A stretch of DNA of 64,000 nucleotides from Podarcis muralis (Eukaryota): contig NC_135669.1 of assembly GCF_964188315.1 (NCBI RefSeq), positions 41,850,001 through 41,914,000 on the forward strand. The letters run 5' to 3'. The position numbers were made by a program, and so were the translations under genes. Below are positions 44,601 to 56,300 of this stretch, one piece after another. A model generated the notes under the pieces. It saw only the letters and a list, made by a program, of their open reading frames with translations. It did not search any database and was not told the DNA's origin. Each line of letters opens with the position of its first letter. Position 1 is the stretch's first letter.

Positions 44601-47551
44601 AAGCAGATCGGGGCTGGTTGCTTTAAAACAGCCCTGTGCTCTATGTCCCTGCCTGCAGTTTTTTGCTGTCCGATTTTGGATCAGCCACTGTAGGGGCTGT
44701 GTGTGTGTGTGTGTGTGTGCTTGAGCTATCGTTCTCCTCCTCCTCCTTCCTGTTCACTCTCACAGCGCCCCAGCGCTCTCCTGCGACTTTAGGAGTGATA
44801 CTCTGTGTGTCTCTCTGTGTGTGAGGCATCGTTCTCCTTCTCTTGCTTCCCCTTCACTCTCCCAGCGCCCCTGCTACTTCCAGCGCCCCTGCGACTATAG
44901 GATTGATACTGTGTGTGTGTGAGAGAGAGGGGGGGGGGTCGTTCTCCTTCTCTTGCTTCCCACTCCCAGCGCCCCTGCCTCTCCTGCGACTTTAGGATTG
45001 ATACTGTGTGTGTGTGTGTCTGTGTGTGTGTGAGGCATCGTTCTCCTCTTGCTTCCCCTTCACTCCCCCAGCGCCCCTGCGACTTTAGGGCGACTTTAGC
45101 ATGGATCCACATGGATCCTCAGGATTTTTGCATTGGGCTACCCCAAACTCACCATCAGATCACATGTCTGTGGCCACAGCATGAACCACAAAAATCATAC
45201 ATCCACTGTTTTGTTTAGAATATTTTTTTCTTGTTTTCCTCCTCTAAAAACTACGTGCGTGTTATGGTCTGGTGTGTGTTATAGAGCGAAAAATACGGTA
45301 ATTGTCCCAAACTTGAAGGCACCAGGCTGAGAAAGGTTTATATAGACTAGAACCTGATGGGTTTGGGGCGGTTTGGCTCCAAGGAGATAAGACTGATGGG
45401 TAACTGAGTTTTCTTCATCAACATGCCTGTTTCCATTAACCCTTTAACAAAGCAGCTTTTGTTATGACACATTTCCAAACCTATGGCTGTAAGATATGCA
45501 GGGCCCCTCTCCAAAGCTGACCTGACTCAAGGACTTGATAAGGCTTCAGATATGCAAAAGGGGCAGGCTTTGCTTCTGGAAAGCTTCCTTTTAATCTTTT
45601 AAAGAGATCTGTGGAATTGGGATTGCGACTGCTTTCATCAAATGAGAATCCTCCCCCCCCCCCCCGCCTCCCCAAAGGAAGTTTACTTTTCTATTCATAT
45701 TTTTTGAAGCATTTGTTACAATTAAAAAACAACACATGCCTTTGGGCTTTGCAATCTCAAAGTCACACCATAAAAGGAAAAAGGGATGGGGAGGGTAGAG
45801 GGGGAAATTTCAGAGCTCTTTTAGGGCCAACTGAACCTGAGTCAGTCTCTTAGCAAACCCTAGTGCTCCAGTTTCTCGCTGGCAGCTGCTGAGTGACAGC
45901 CGAAGAGGCTCCTTGAATGAGGAGTGCTTAAGTGGGCTGTGCCTTTTTCATCTACCAGCAGGGCTAGTAATGCTTGGCTCCACTGTTAAAGGCAGTCAGG
46001 CATTCCTGAAGGCTCACAGGGAGAATGCATTGGTGCTTGAATCCTGAGCTCCTTTTTTTGTTTATTGGATCACATTGTTATAAGGTGTGCGATCTTTGCT
46101 GTTTCTTCAGCTTCTAAATCACCCTGCGCATAGTAATATAGAAAGGAGGTATACAAATAAAAATTAAAAGCAAAATGAAATGCTAACACAGACCTGTCAT
46201 TAGCTGGTTGCTTAAAATATTTTTAGGTCAGCAGTGTGTCATTCTCTTTTATTTATTTTTTTAATTAATTTTCTTTTCTCTCATTACATATATACTTATA
46301 ACATACAGCTTACATAACCATCTCTCCCTCCCCCCTTTTGGACTTCCCTCGACTTCCATTTCTGATTTACTAACCTCATTAGTATATTTTGCTATTTTCT
46401 AAAAATGTCATATTTTTTTCCTTTTATTACATTATCTATTCACTATCCATAAAATTGTGAATGTTTATTTAAATCCTACCATCAGGTCAAAATTCTTTGT
46501 TTCTGCAAATATAATATAAAAGGTTCCCACTCTTTTTCAAAGTCCCTATTGTACTAAAGTTAAAGGGACCCCTGACCATTAGGTCCAGTCATGGCCGACT
46601 CTGGGGTTGCGGCGCTCATCTCGCTTTATTGGCCGAGGGAGCTGGCGTACAGCTTCCGGGTCATGTGGCCAGCATGACTAAGCCGCTTCTGGCGAACCAG
46701 AGCAGCGCACGGAAATGCCGTTTACCTTCCCACCAGAGTGGTACCTATTTATCTACTTGCACTCTGACGGGCTTTCGAACTGCTAGGTTGGCAGAAGCAG
46801 GGACCGAGCAACGGGAGCTCACCCTGCCGCGGGGATTCGAATCGCCGACCTTCTGATCAGCAAGTCCTAGGCTCTGTGGTTAACCCACAGCACCACCCGC
46901 GTCCCACCCCTATTGTCCTAGCAGTGTGTCATTCTCCACAAGACTGCTCCAGACTCTTCTAACATTTCTCCTTCTCCCTCTCCCCGCACTCCAGGCTGCG
47001 TCGACGCCTGGGAGCCCAAAGTCCTCCGGGCAGGGATGGGAGCTCACTTCCGCCTCTCCATCCTTTCCAACCTGGACTGGGAGGTCCTGCCAAGCTACCT
47101 CCTCCCTGACAGCTGTGTGCATGTGGCCGACTGCTCCCAGGCACAGGCCACACCGGCAGTGGCAGAGAACGCCGCCAGCCATGGCTGGGTCTCACGGCCC
47201 TACAACCTGAAGGCGAAGCCGGCTCTGCAGGATTGGGACCGTGATTTGGATGGCAGCGAAGACGAGAGGCAAGAACCGGGCCGGCTGGAAATCCAGCCTT
47301 ACTCTGAGCCCTGGATGGAGGGTCCCGCGACGGCGGTGGTGATCGGTGGGGAGACCCACGGCGTGAGCACGGAAGCCAGGCAGCTGGCCCAGAGCACTGG
47401 GGGGAAGCGGCTGGTCATCCCCGTGGCCCCTGGCGTGGACAGCTTGAACTGTGCCATGGCTGCCAGCATCCTCCTCTTCGAAGGAAAGCGGCAGATGAAG
47501 CTATCAGAGGCGGGGAGAAACCCCGTTTCCGGGATCTGGCAGAACTGTTGA
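40831..47551 (+). CDS. MRM3: Mitochondrial rRNA methyltransferase 3 (RNMTL1, SpoU/SPOUT family), 4 exons, 432 aa: join(40831..41159,42849..43093,43828..43995,46995..47551)
   Basis: Arg-rich N-terminal presequence; KILLEGRRLIADAL; SPOUT motifs ICDNIRDPGNMGTLLRSAAGAG, VVIGGETHGVS and VDSLNCAMAASILLFE. 1299 nt; head-to-head with GLOD4 as in mammals. Intron 1 is GC-AG. Confidence 0.95.
41533..41598. repeat. (AAT)n microsatellite
   Basis: Direct reading. Confidence 0.92.
41733..42214 (-). mobile_element. BovB LINE 3' fragment with an inverted 5' segment
   Basis: VMYGSESWIIKKADRRRIDAFELWCWRRLL frame; 12-bp TSD gaagggaagggt (41721-41732, 42215-42226). Confidence 0.9.
42849..43093 (+). CDS. MRM3: MRM3 exon 2 (245 nt)
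   Basis: ctgcag|C AAA GTG = KVVTLAKSRSFRERHGKILLEGRR...SQGVI(G)|gtaagt. Confidence 0.95.
43265..43506. mobile_element. Tc1/mariner MITE family A (reverse)
   Basis: TIRs and TA TSD. Confidence 0.85.
43828..43995 (+). CDS. MRM3: MRM3 exon 3 (168 nt)
   Basis: ctccag|IFSRPDHAKMAYPEVQREHALPLSLICDNIRDPGNMGTLLRSAAGAGCSRVLLLK(G)|gtgggg. Confidence 0.95.
44286..45298. mobile_element. Tc2/Kanga-like non-autonomous DNA transposon (1013 bp) with internal tandem repeats
   Basis: TIR ccgtatttttcgctctataacac/gtgttatagagcgaaaaatacgg, TA TSD. Confidence 0.85.
46247..46555 (-). mobile_element. L1-type LINE extreme 3' end
   Basis: Poly(A)-like tail, FEKEWEPFILYL frame, 17-bp TSD agcagtgtgtcattctc (46230-46246, 46920-46936). 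Confidence 0.65.
46556..46905 (-). mobile_element. Full-length Sauria SINE
   Basis: Family match; TSD ccctattgt(a/c)cta. Confidence 0.9.
46995..47551 (+). CDS. MRM3: MRM3 exon 4 (coding part, 557 nt)
   Basis: ctccag|CVDAWEPKVLRAGMGAHFR...VDSLNCAMAASILLFEGKRQ...; stop TGA. Confidence 0.95.
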
Positions 47552-48797
47552 GGAATAGATGCCGGAGTCTTGCCTGTGGGGGTGTTCAGAGAAACAAACA
47601 TTGCCCTTTCGTTTTGGCCCCTCCATCTTGGAGAGCCAATTCTCTCTGACTTGGTTGCCGAAGAGAACCGAAGTGAACAGGAAGGGAGGGGGCAAGTGTC
47701 TCTTAAGAGACTGTAGTTTACAAAAGGCTGTTTGCCAGGAAGGGCTCTCTGGGAGAGGTAAGTGTGATTGCAAGAAAGCCCAGCAGAAACATTCAACCCC
47801 ATTTTTACTCTTTTTCTGCTTCATTCGGTTGTTTCCCCACATTGCGTCACTGGGGCTTATGGGGGCATATGTACGTGGAGTGCCTGTGCATTTGAATTCC
47901 TTCCACCCCTGGTGGGAAAACACAAAAACCACAGGTCCCTGCATCTAGAAAACCAGCACTTCAGGGGGAAATGTTTGGATCTTTCCTTGAGGTTCTAGCT
48001 AACTCCATGCAGGGATACTTTGATAGGAAAAACAACAACTATCGAGGGACATTCCAGAATAGGACCCTGCCCCAAGCGCACATACCTGGCTGGCTAAAGG
48101 GGTACAATCCAGACTCTCAGATCTTGCATGCGTTTTGAATTCTGAAACTCAGAGATAACAAAGAAAGCTTTTGCCTTGGGCCCGGAGGCCCTCACCCTGT
48201 GAAGCTGGCACAAAATCAATGTAGCCAAGCACCCCAGGGCTGTGGCATCTGCCAGCGTGTACTTTTTTAAAAGCTTCATCCCCACCCCATCTTTTTCCCC
48301 CTCCTCCCTTTTCTGGCAGCAAAGGTGAATTGCTGGGTCTGTGACTCAGCCTCTGGCACAGCTTCTAGGGTGACCTCACCAGGTCCTCTCTGATCCCTTG
48401 CCAAGGGCACGGCGCAGCTTGTCGCCTGTGGCGGGTGACCTCAAGCTGCCACAGGCTCCCTTGCCGTAGTCCCTCCTCACAATGCAATGTGTTTGTTCAG
48501 GCCTTTTTCCGGTTGGCGTCTCTCTCTCCTGCTGAATGACCCTTCCTGGCTGAGCCTATAAACTCCTGATTTGGGGGGGGGGGGAGAATCTCCATCTATT
48601 TCCTTCCTAGCCCTCCCAATCTCTTCTTTTGTCCAAATCAGATGCACAGGTTTCTTACCCAGATAACGTTTTAGTGCATTAAGCCAATAAGTTAAAAGAC
48701 AAACCTGCCAAACGGTCATCCTGGTTAAAGATCAAGCTTTTAAATCTCTTTCTGCTGGGAAAAGAGATCTTCCCATTGTTTATGTGGAGTTGTACAG

Positions 48798-48803
48798 AAT
48801 AAA
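48798..48803 (+). terminator. Candidate polyadenylation signal of MRM3
   Basis: AATAAA about 1.25 kb past the stop. Confidence 0.4.
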
Positions 48804-49978
48804 TTCTGGATTTGCTCCCCTCTCTCTTTGTTGAGTGTATTTCTAATAAGCCACGGAGGCTTCTCCTCATTCCAGATTGCCAGCAAGGTTTAAACGTTCT
48901 GTAAAAGCCAGTTTGGACTGACAGGTGTCTGCTCTGCTCTGCCCACCCTTAATGGAAGCCTGAATGCTGCCATCTGCCAGAAATGTCTTTTAAATGTTTC
49001 CTCTCTTTTTGAACCTCCAGCTCTGACCCTTGCCACTCTGGCTCCTCCAAAAGGAGCTTTTGGAAAATTATTAGTACCATATACGTGTTTCTCTCAAACT
49101 GCTAAGATTCTTTTTCACCAGAAGGTGGCAGAACACTCGCAGAAGCACTTGATGGCAAAAGGGTGGGGACTCTACATGGAGTAGTTAGCACTGCCAGATT
49201 TCTTTACCCTCCTTTACTCCTGGACAGGATCGGTGCACCTGCGATGCCCCTGGTCCAAGGCTAGTCTCCTATCAGCTCTGGGCAGTTTGGTAAATGGTCA
49301 AGGATGAGAGCAGCACTCCTCCAAGATCCGGAAGGCCAGAGCTGCCATCGCCCCCTGCTCTGGATGTTGTTGGACTTCAATTCCCATCAGCCACAGGGGT
49401 GGCTAAGGATCATAGAGTTGGGGTTCCAGCTAGAGGGCCACAGAGTCCCTTCCCCCACCCTTGCTCTAGGCAGTGGCGAATTCAGCTTCGCCACCCCATC
49501 CTGGTTTGCATCCTGCAGAAAGAGGGACGCCTGGAGGAGGCAGGACTTTCTAGCTATTGGACCTGTGGCCTAAAGCATCACTCTACTTGTTCAAGGCCTT
49601 TTTATAAACTCCAGGCTCCTGGGTATTATCTATAAGCAGAGGTCCTGGAAACAAGGTCTCTTGCATATGATAATTTAACGGGGTGAGCAAATGAGAAGCC
49701 CCTGCGAATGGCTGTGGGACTCAACTCCCAGCAGCCCCAGCCAAGGATCATGGGACTTGTAGTCCAGCAACATCTGGAGTAACACAACAAATCACCTCCA
49801 TGTTGCAAGAAAACGGGGGGGGGGGCGGATCTGCCCTGAGGCCCCTTGCCATGAGTTTCTCTCAAGAGTCTTCTCCCACGCTATCCTGCCCAAACACGTC
49901 CCCACATTCTAGCAACCTGCCTCTGCAGCCTTGACAGCAAAACCACACTCTGGGCGAGCTGACGTTACTAGAACGGGT

Positions 49979-49984
49979 TTTATT
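49979..49984 (-). terminator. Candidate polyadenylation signal of NXN
   Basis: AATAAA on - strand in a typical terminal 3'UTR context, about 2 kb past the stop. Confidence 0.5.
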
Positions 49985-52043
49985 ACAAAGTTCCAGTCAC
50001 CATGTACAAGTTTGTTTGTTTTTTACAACGTCCAACTTTGCCAGGGAGAGAGAAAGAGAGAGAGAGAGACGATGGGGTTGGGGAGAGAGGATCTGGCTGT
50101 GCTATCCCAGCGTAATCCCAACCCAACCCACCTTGCTTGCCAAAACGGCTAAAAACATCACAGTCACCTCTATCGAGAATTGCTCAAGCTTTTATCAGCT
50201 GCATGTTTAGGGGGGGGATGTATTTAACATGGGATTAAGGAAGAAAAAAAGGCGAGGGAGGAGAAAAATACCTAAGAGAGTCCTGGGTTTTATTTCAAAG
50301 TCAGTGGAAGAAAGCACTCTGCAGAAAGTTGATTGCAAAGCAGAAGGTGGAATTCAACAATTCAGAGCGACTGGAAAGTTCTCTACTTGCTAGTGGCCTG
50401 AATGTTAGGATGGCAGCTACAGACGCCTCTCACAACCAGGCAGCTCGTTTTACTGGGGTCCCTGACCAGGCAGAAGCTTCTGGTTACACTTGAACAAATG
50501 TGACTTAAAAGTTTTGCATATCTTTAAGCCACACAACGCAGTAGGGTGGGGAAGTCATGTGTACCCCTCCTCTCCTTACTCTGAGCCCTTGAACGTTTGG
50601 GCAAATGGCGGACTACACCTCAGGCGACACCCCACTTAACTGAGCCAGTCTTGACTTGCTTGAATTTCTGAGGGGCAGCAAAATGGTGCTAATTTTAGCA
50701 AAAACAGGCCACTACCAAAACACCCCACCAACCCACGGTTGAAAGTTTTAAACAGTGGGTGAACAACCTTCCATTCGATTTAGAATTGCGCCTGGTCATT
50801 CCTAAAAGAAGTCAAATTGCTGATTTTCAAAGCTAGGCTAAAAAATGCAAGAATACCTCCTCCTCCCCGGGGCAAAAGCTAGCGCAAGAGGATGCAACCA
50901 TTTCCCAAGGCCTCTAATTTGTCCTACACCGCCCATCTCAATTTATACGGTCAGCACCAGCAAGATCTCACACAGAGACCCCACGGGCACATCCCATGAC
51001 TCCCCATGTGCCCTGCATGGCAGATATGGGGCTCGAGGAAATCTCATTATCCCAGGGCTCCCGAGTCTTTAATATTGACCTTTCAGGTGGCTTGGCAACT
51101 ACAGGCTCCCAAGATGCAACTGTTGTGTACAAATTGCCAAAGAGAGAAAGGCATGGACAACTGGATTACGATCCAAGTTGTAGGAAGATTCAAGGGGAAG
51201 CGAGAGAAAATTCGATTCGATTCGCAATACAGGTGAGCATTAAATGCTTTTGCATTTTGAACCCGGAGCATTCCAGCAAAGCTGGAGAGGTGACCCTCAC
51301 CTAGGAAACCTGATGCTGTTTCCCTGCTGAAAGACACCCTAAGGGAGTTCAGCTGGAAGAAGATACAGAGTATTTGTTAGAGGATCCTAGCTTCACTCCC
51401 CTACCCCTCAAAAGAACATAGCCAGGAGGGCAGTGGCCTGCTCTGCAAGCTTTTATTTTTCTTCAGCCTCGAAAGGCAAACAGTTTTGATGGGTTAACTA
51501 CCCTACCCTTCCCCCAAAATATTACATATGGCGGATTTAGGTGTGGGTGCTTGTATGTCACTTGTCATCTTGGAAAGATGGAAAAACTGGGCTTTGATAA
51601 AGGATCTGTGTTTGGACAGGTTACATGAGTGACCAGTAGAGATTTTTTTTTTTTTAAATAAAAAAACAGAATGCAGCCACAGCTCTGGCTGGGACCGTGG
51701 GAAATCCATCACTTCCCCTTCACCTGGGCTCTTGGGAAACCTCCCACTTCCCACCTCCCCTCACAACCCAGAAAACTATAAGCCAAGCCTCCTCTGACCA
51801 GCACCTCCCAGCTGAAATGCAGCACCTTTTAAAAAGAGTTTGGTTAAGGAGGGGAAATCAAGAAGAGAGAAACTTGCTGTGTTTGGAAAAAACAAGGCAC
51901 CACTAGAACGTCAAGAGTTAACGTTGTGCACAGAGCTGGAGAGAGGAAAAAAATCCTGCAATTTTTTAAATAAGGTCCAAGCTGGGAGTGGGGGCAGGAA
52001 AAAAGAAGCCCCCTCCCCTTTTCAACCCTGCCTCTGCTTCTCT

Positions 52044-52226
52044 TCAGATGGGCTCCGGTTTAAGCTTGTCCATTAGAAAGTCATTCACAAAAGCTTCCAC
52101 GATGTCGGGTGTGATCTCCTCGACGTCCTTGACGTACTTGGCACGGGCAGACATGTCCAGGATGGTGAGAAGAGGAGCAGCCTCCGGGAGGTTGGTGAAG
52201 TCCCGAAGGGAGTCGGTCATGTCATC
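52044..52226 (-). CDS. NXN: NXN last exon (coding part, 183 nt)
   Basis: ttgcag|DDMTDSLRDFTNLPEAAP...PEPI* (TAG). Confidence 0.96.
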   Translation of the reverse strand, partial: DDMTDSLRDFTNLPEAAPLLTILDMSARAKYVKDVEEITPDIVEAFVNDFLMDKLKPEPI

Positions 52227-53236
52227 CTGCAAAAGATGGACGAGAGAGATCAGTTATCCCAAAATCTAAGAGGCAGGAACACCGGAAGTTACCTTATCCC
52301 CTTGCTCCCTCCAAGTTCAGTATTGCTTGCACTGACTGGCACCAGCTCTCTAGACAGGGGATATTTCCAGCCCTAGCTGGAGATGCCCTTTGGGGAGTGA
52401 GTCTGGGACCTTCTGTCTGCAAAGGGGACAAAGAGGCTGTAGCTCAGCCCCTGCTTTGCATGCAGAACGTCCCAGGTTCAATCCCCAATAGGATCTCTAG
52501 GCAGGGCTAGGAGAGACCCCCTGACCCAAACCCTGGAGAGCCCCTGCCCGTCAGAAAAGGCAATTCTGGGCTAGGTGGAGTAGCAGCAGCTCCCTGTGTC
52601 CCTCTAAAAGATTCCAGTCCTCGTGGTTCTGAACAAAGGAATGCTTTATGCAGGAGTATGGGAAGCCACCTTATACAGAGTTAAATCAATGGTCCATTTA
52701 GCTCACTGTTGTCTACACTGACTGGCAGCAGCTCTGCACAGTTTCAGGCAGGAGTCACTGCGATCCCCAACCCACTGTTATTCAGGGGCAGTGTGCCTTT
52801 GAAAGCAGAGGGGGGAACACAGCCGTTGCAGCTAGGAGCTCCAGACTAGAGGGGCCTTTGATCCGATTGCAAACCCTTTTCGGTGCGGAACATTAAAAAA
52901 TACCCCAAAACAACCCCACACATTTTTTTGCTTATTTGTAAAACATCTCAGGAACTGCTGGTACCATGTAAAATAAATATGATCATCAACTAGGCAGGAG
53001 GGTCTTGTGTTCATTGCGGCCTGGTGTAGAGGGGGGGGGGGAGGAGAAAAAAGAAGCTGCCCTTTGTCTGTACTTGCAGACCCTCTCACCCTGCCTGTCA
53101 GTCAAGCCACAATGAAAACCGGGGGGGGGGGCAGTACAAAGGGGGGTGTCTGTGGCATAGTGCCCCCGCCTCTCCTCTCTGCTTATAAAGGGTGAAAGCC
53201 AGGCCAAAGGTTAAGGTCTCCTCCCATTCTCTCTCT

Positions 53237-53313
<77 letters not shown>

Positions 53314-56300
53314 CTGACTGAAGCCAGCAAGAGTTCCCCTATCTATTTTGGCTCTGTTATCACCCAGACAGGGAAAAGGCTGTGAACAGAGAGCATGGCA
53401 AATTGTGGTTAGGTTAAGTGGAGCAACAGGTTGCTCTTTAGCATCTTGAGAAGCTCCACTTGCATTCTTTTAAAAAAAAGCAAGCCAAGGATCTAGTCCT
53501 CATGGCTGAATTAGAAAAGGAAAAAAGGACAGGCTTAGAACGGTGCAGGAGACAGAATCACAGGAGGGGACCCAAAGGTTAATCCACTGCAACCCCCTGC
53601 AATGCAGGAATCGCAGCTGAAGAATCCCTGACAGACGACCAGCCAACCTGTTTAAAAACCTCCAAGGAAGGAGAGTCCATCACCTTCCAAGCGAATCCGC
53701 TCCACTGTCGAATGGCAGAAAGCTCTTCCTAATTTTTAGTCACAATCTCTTTTGCCGTAACGCGAATCCATCCCAAACTCCCTCATAAGGCTTGGTTAGA
53801 GATACCTGAAGGCATCCACAGGCGCAAAAGAGGTGTGCCCAGGCACCCGCACAGAACAGGCGGCCTGAACATCGATATCCCGGGCCGATCAGCCCACCCT
53901 GCCTGATAAAGGTGGAGTGCCAAAGAAATGGGCAATAAAAACCTTAATAAAGAAGCAGATGGATGCAAAGGATCTGTTTGTGTGTAACGTCTGTGTGTTG
54001 CTGAAGGCAGTTTTTGCTTTGTTTGGGTCTTGGCACAGTGACTGCAGCTAGCGTGGGCTGAGAGAAAGGATTCTGAGCCATGAAGGCCCTGGTGAGATTT
54101 ATTCCTCTTTTCCCCTAGTTTTCTGGCAGGAGATGCAGGCAGACACGACAGCCACGATTAAAAGAAAAGCAAAACGGACCTCCTCAGTGCCAGGAGCACA
54201 AACTCTCTCTGCTTTTCACCCCCAGCCCTGTCTGCAACATGGCCACTGCTTACCTTTTGGGGATGTTGTTGAGGGCTAACCTAGGCACGTGAAGGGCTTA
54301 GACTCTCCTACGTATTAACTGCATCAATATCCCACCTTTCCGACAAGTACACGGCAGCATACAGCTCCTCGTTTTACCCCACGACACCCCTGGAAGGTGG
54401 GCTAGGCCAAGGGAAAGTGTGAACTTCATGGCTGAGTGGGGATTTGAAGCCGGATCTCCCTGATTCTACTCTCTGAGCCCAGAGATGGCGACCCCAGGGC
54501 CTTCCAGAGAGCCCCAGGCTCCAACTTCCATCATCCCAGACATGCTAGCTGCTGGGGCTGCTGGGAGCTGGATTCCAACGTGCCTTGGCAGGTTCATCAG
54601 CTAACCATCACGACACAGTGGATCTTAAACTGCTCCTCTGCTAAATAGGCAAATATTATTTATTACTCGTCCACTCTTATCCAACCCTGAGCGCTCCCCT
54701 CTTTCTTCGACCGCAGCTCTCCCCCACCCCCCACCTCCATCCATCTTGGTCTGCCTCTCTGCCTCGACAAAATGGCGGGCGCCCATCCCTCCACGCCCCA
54801 AATCCCATCAATGCCTGGAGCACGCAGGCGCGGGAACAGGGGGGACGGGGGGAAACGCAGGAATTGTCAACCAAGTCCAGGGGTGCTCAGAGACGCTGCC
54901 CCTTCCCTAGTATTGTCTGCAACCAATCTTCCTCAGGCCGACCCAACGGTGCTGGGCGCATTATAGAGGATGGAAGCCGCATCTTGGAGCGGCTTTCTGG
55001 ACGAAGGGGGCGAGGAGGCATTGTTGCCAGATGCCGGGATCAGAGTTCTCCGAAATCTCCGATTCCCTCTCTCCGACCAGCCCAGAGGGCCTCAAAAAAA
55101 GGCTTGACATTTGTTCCGTCTTCCACAAAGGACCCTCCGTGCCCCAAGAAGCCCCCCGGGGTCGCCGTGTCGGGTCCCCAGAGGCAAGAGGGCGTTCCCA
55201 GCACCTTCGGGGGCTAAGGCCAGCTGGCGAGGGGGCGGGTCCCGCCAACCCTGTATTATCGGTGCCCAACAGGTGCGGGACTAGGGAGTCTCCCCTCCCC
55301 TTTCACTGCCCCCTATTTATTTCACCCCTCCCTTGTCCGTTTGTTATTTGCTTTTAAAAGGGGGGAGACGGCGCAGGGAAGCTCCGCCCACCGCAAAAAA
55401 GCGCAGTGCCCGTAAATCAATGCGGTGGACGTGGTGGGAGCCGCCCTTCCTCCCCCCCCCCCCGCGCATGTGCATGTTCCCGCAGCCCCCTTTCGCTCGC
55501 AGGGTTAGCGCAAAACAACGCCGGGGGGCGTCATCCAGGAGCTACGGCGTGGGTGATGAATGGGTCATTCAGGCGGCTGTCAGGGAGCCTGCAAGCAGAT
55601 GGTGTTGGAAATGAATGAAGGGCTGTGTTTGTCAATGTGGGGCTGGTCCGTGGAGGGGCTTTGGGGGGAGAGCGAGAGGGAGAAAAGCAGGAGGAAGGGG
55701 GGGGGGAGAGAAGGGAATTTCCCGGGGCTATCTGGGAGGGAGGGAATAGGGTGCTGGAGACCTTTGTTTTAGAAGGCATTTTTTTTTTACAACAAGGAGC
55801 GCATTCAGAAATCCCCGGGGCTGGGTGGCAGGCAGGCATTTCAAACATGTTAGGGGTCGCGGGGCAGGGGGAAGCCTATGGACGGAGGAGCAACAAAGGC
55901 CTGGAAAACGAGGGGTGGTCTCTGGCAGGAAGGGAACGCCGCGTTCGTTTGGCTCGCTCGGGAAACAAGGGGAATGGCCACATGTCCCGTTCGCCCCCCC
56001 CCCCCCAGTTGAAAAGCTGAGCCGTGTCTCGGACAAGGCCCCCTAATTTACATACTCAGCCCCCAAAACTCCTTTAAAAAAAAGGAGTGGGGTGAGAGAA
56101 CTTAAGAATCACATTGCTAGATCGGGCCAAAGGCCCATTTATTGCAGTGTCCCCGGAATCTGATATTCAGAGGTAGACTTTCTGTGGACAGGGAGGCTCT
56201 GTTCCAAACTAATTGTGGTAAATTAGTTACAGTCATACCTCGGCTCCAGAACGCTTTGGGAGTCAAATGTTCCGGCTCCCGAACGATCAAAACCCGGAAG

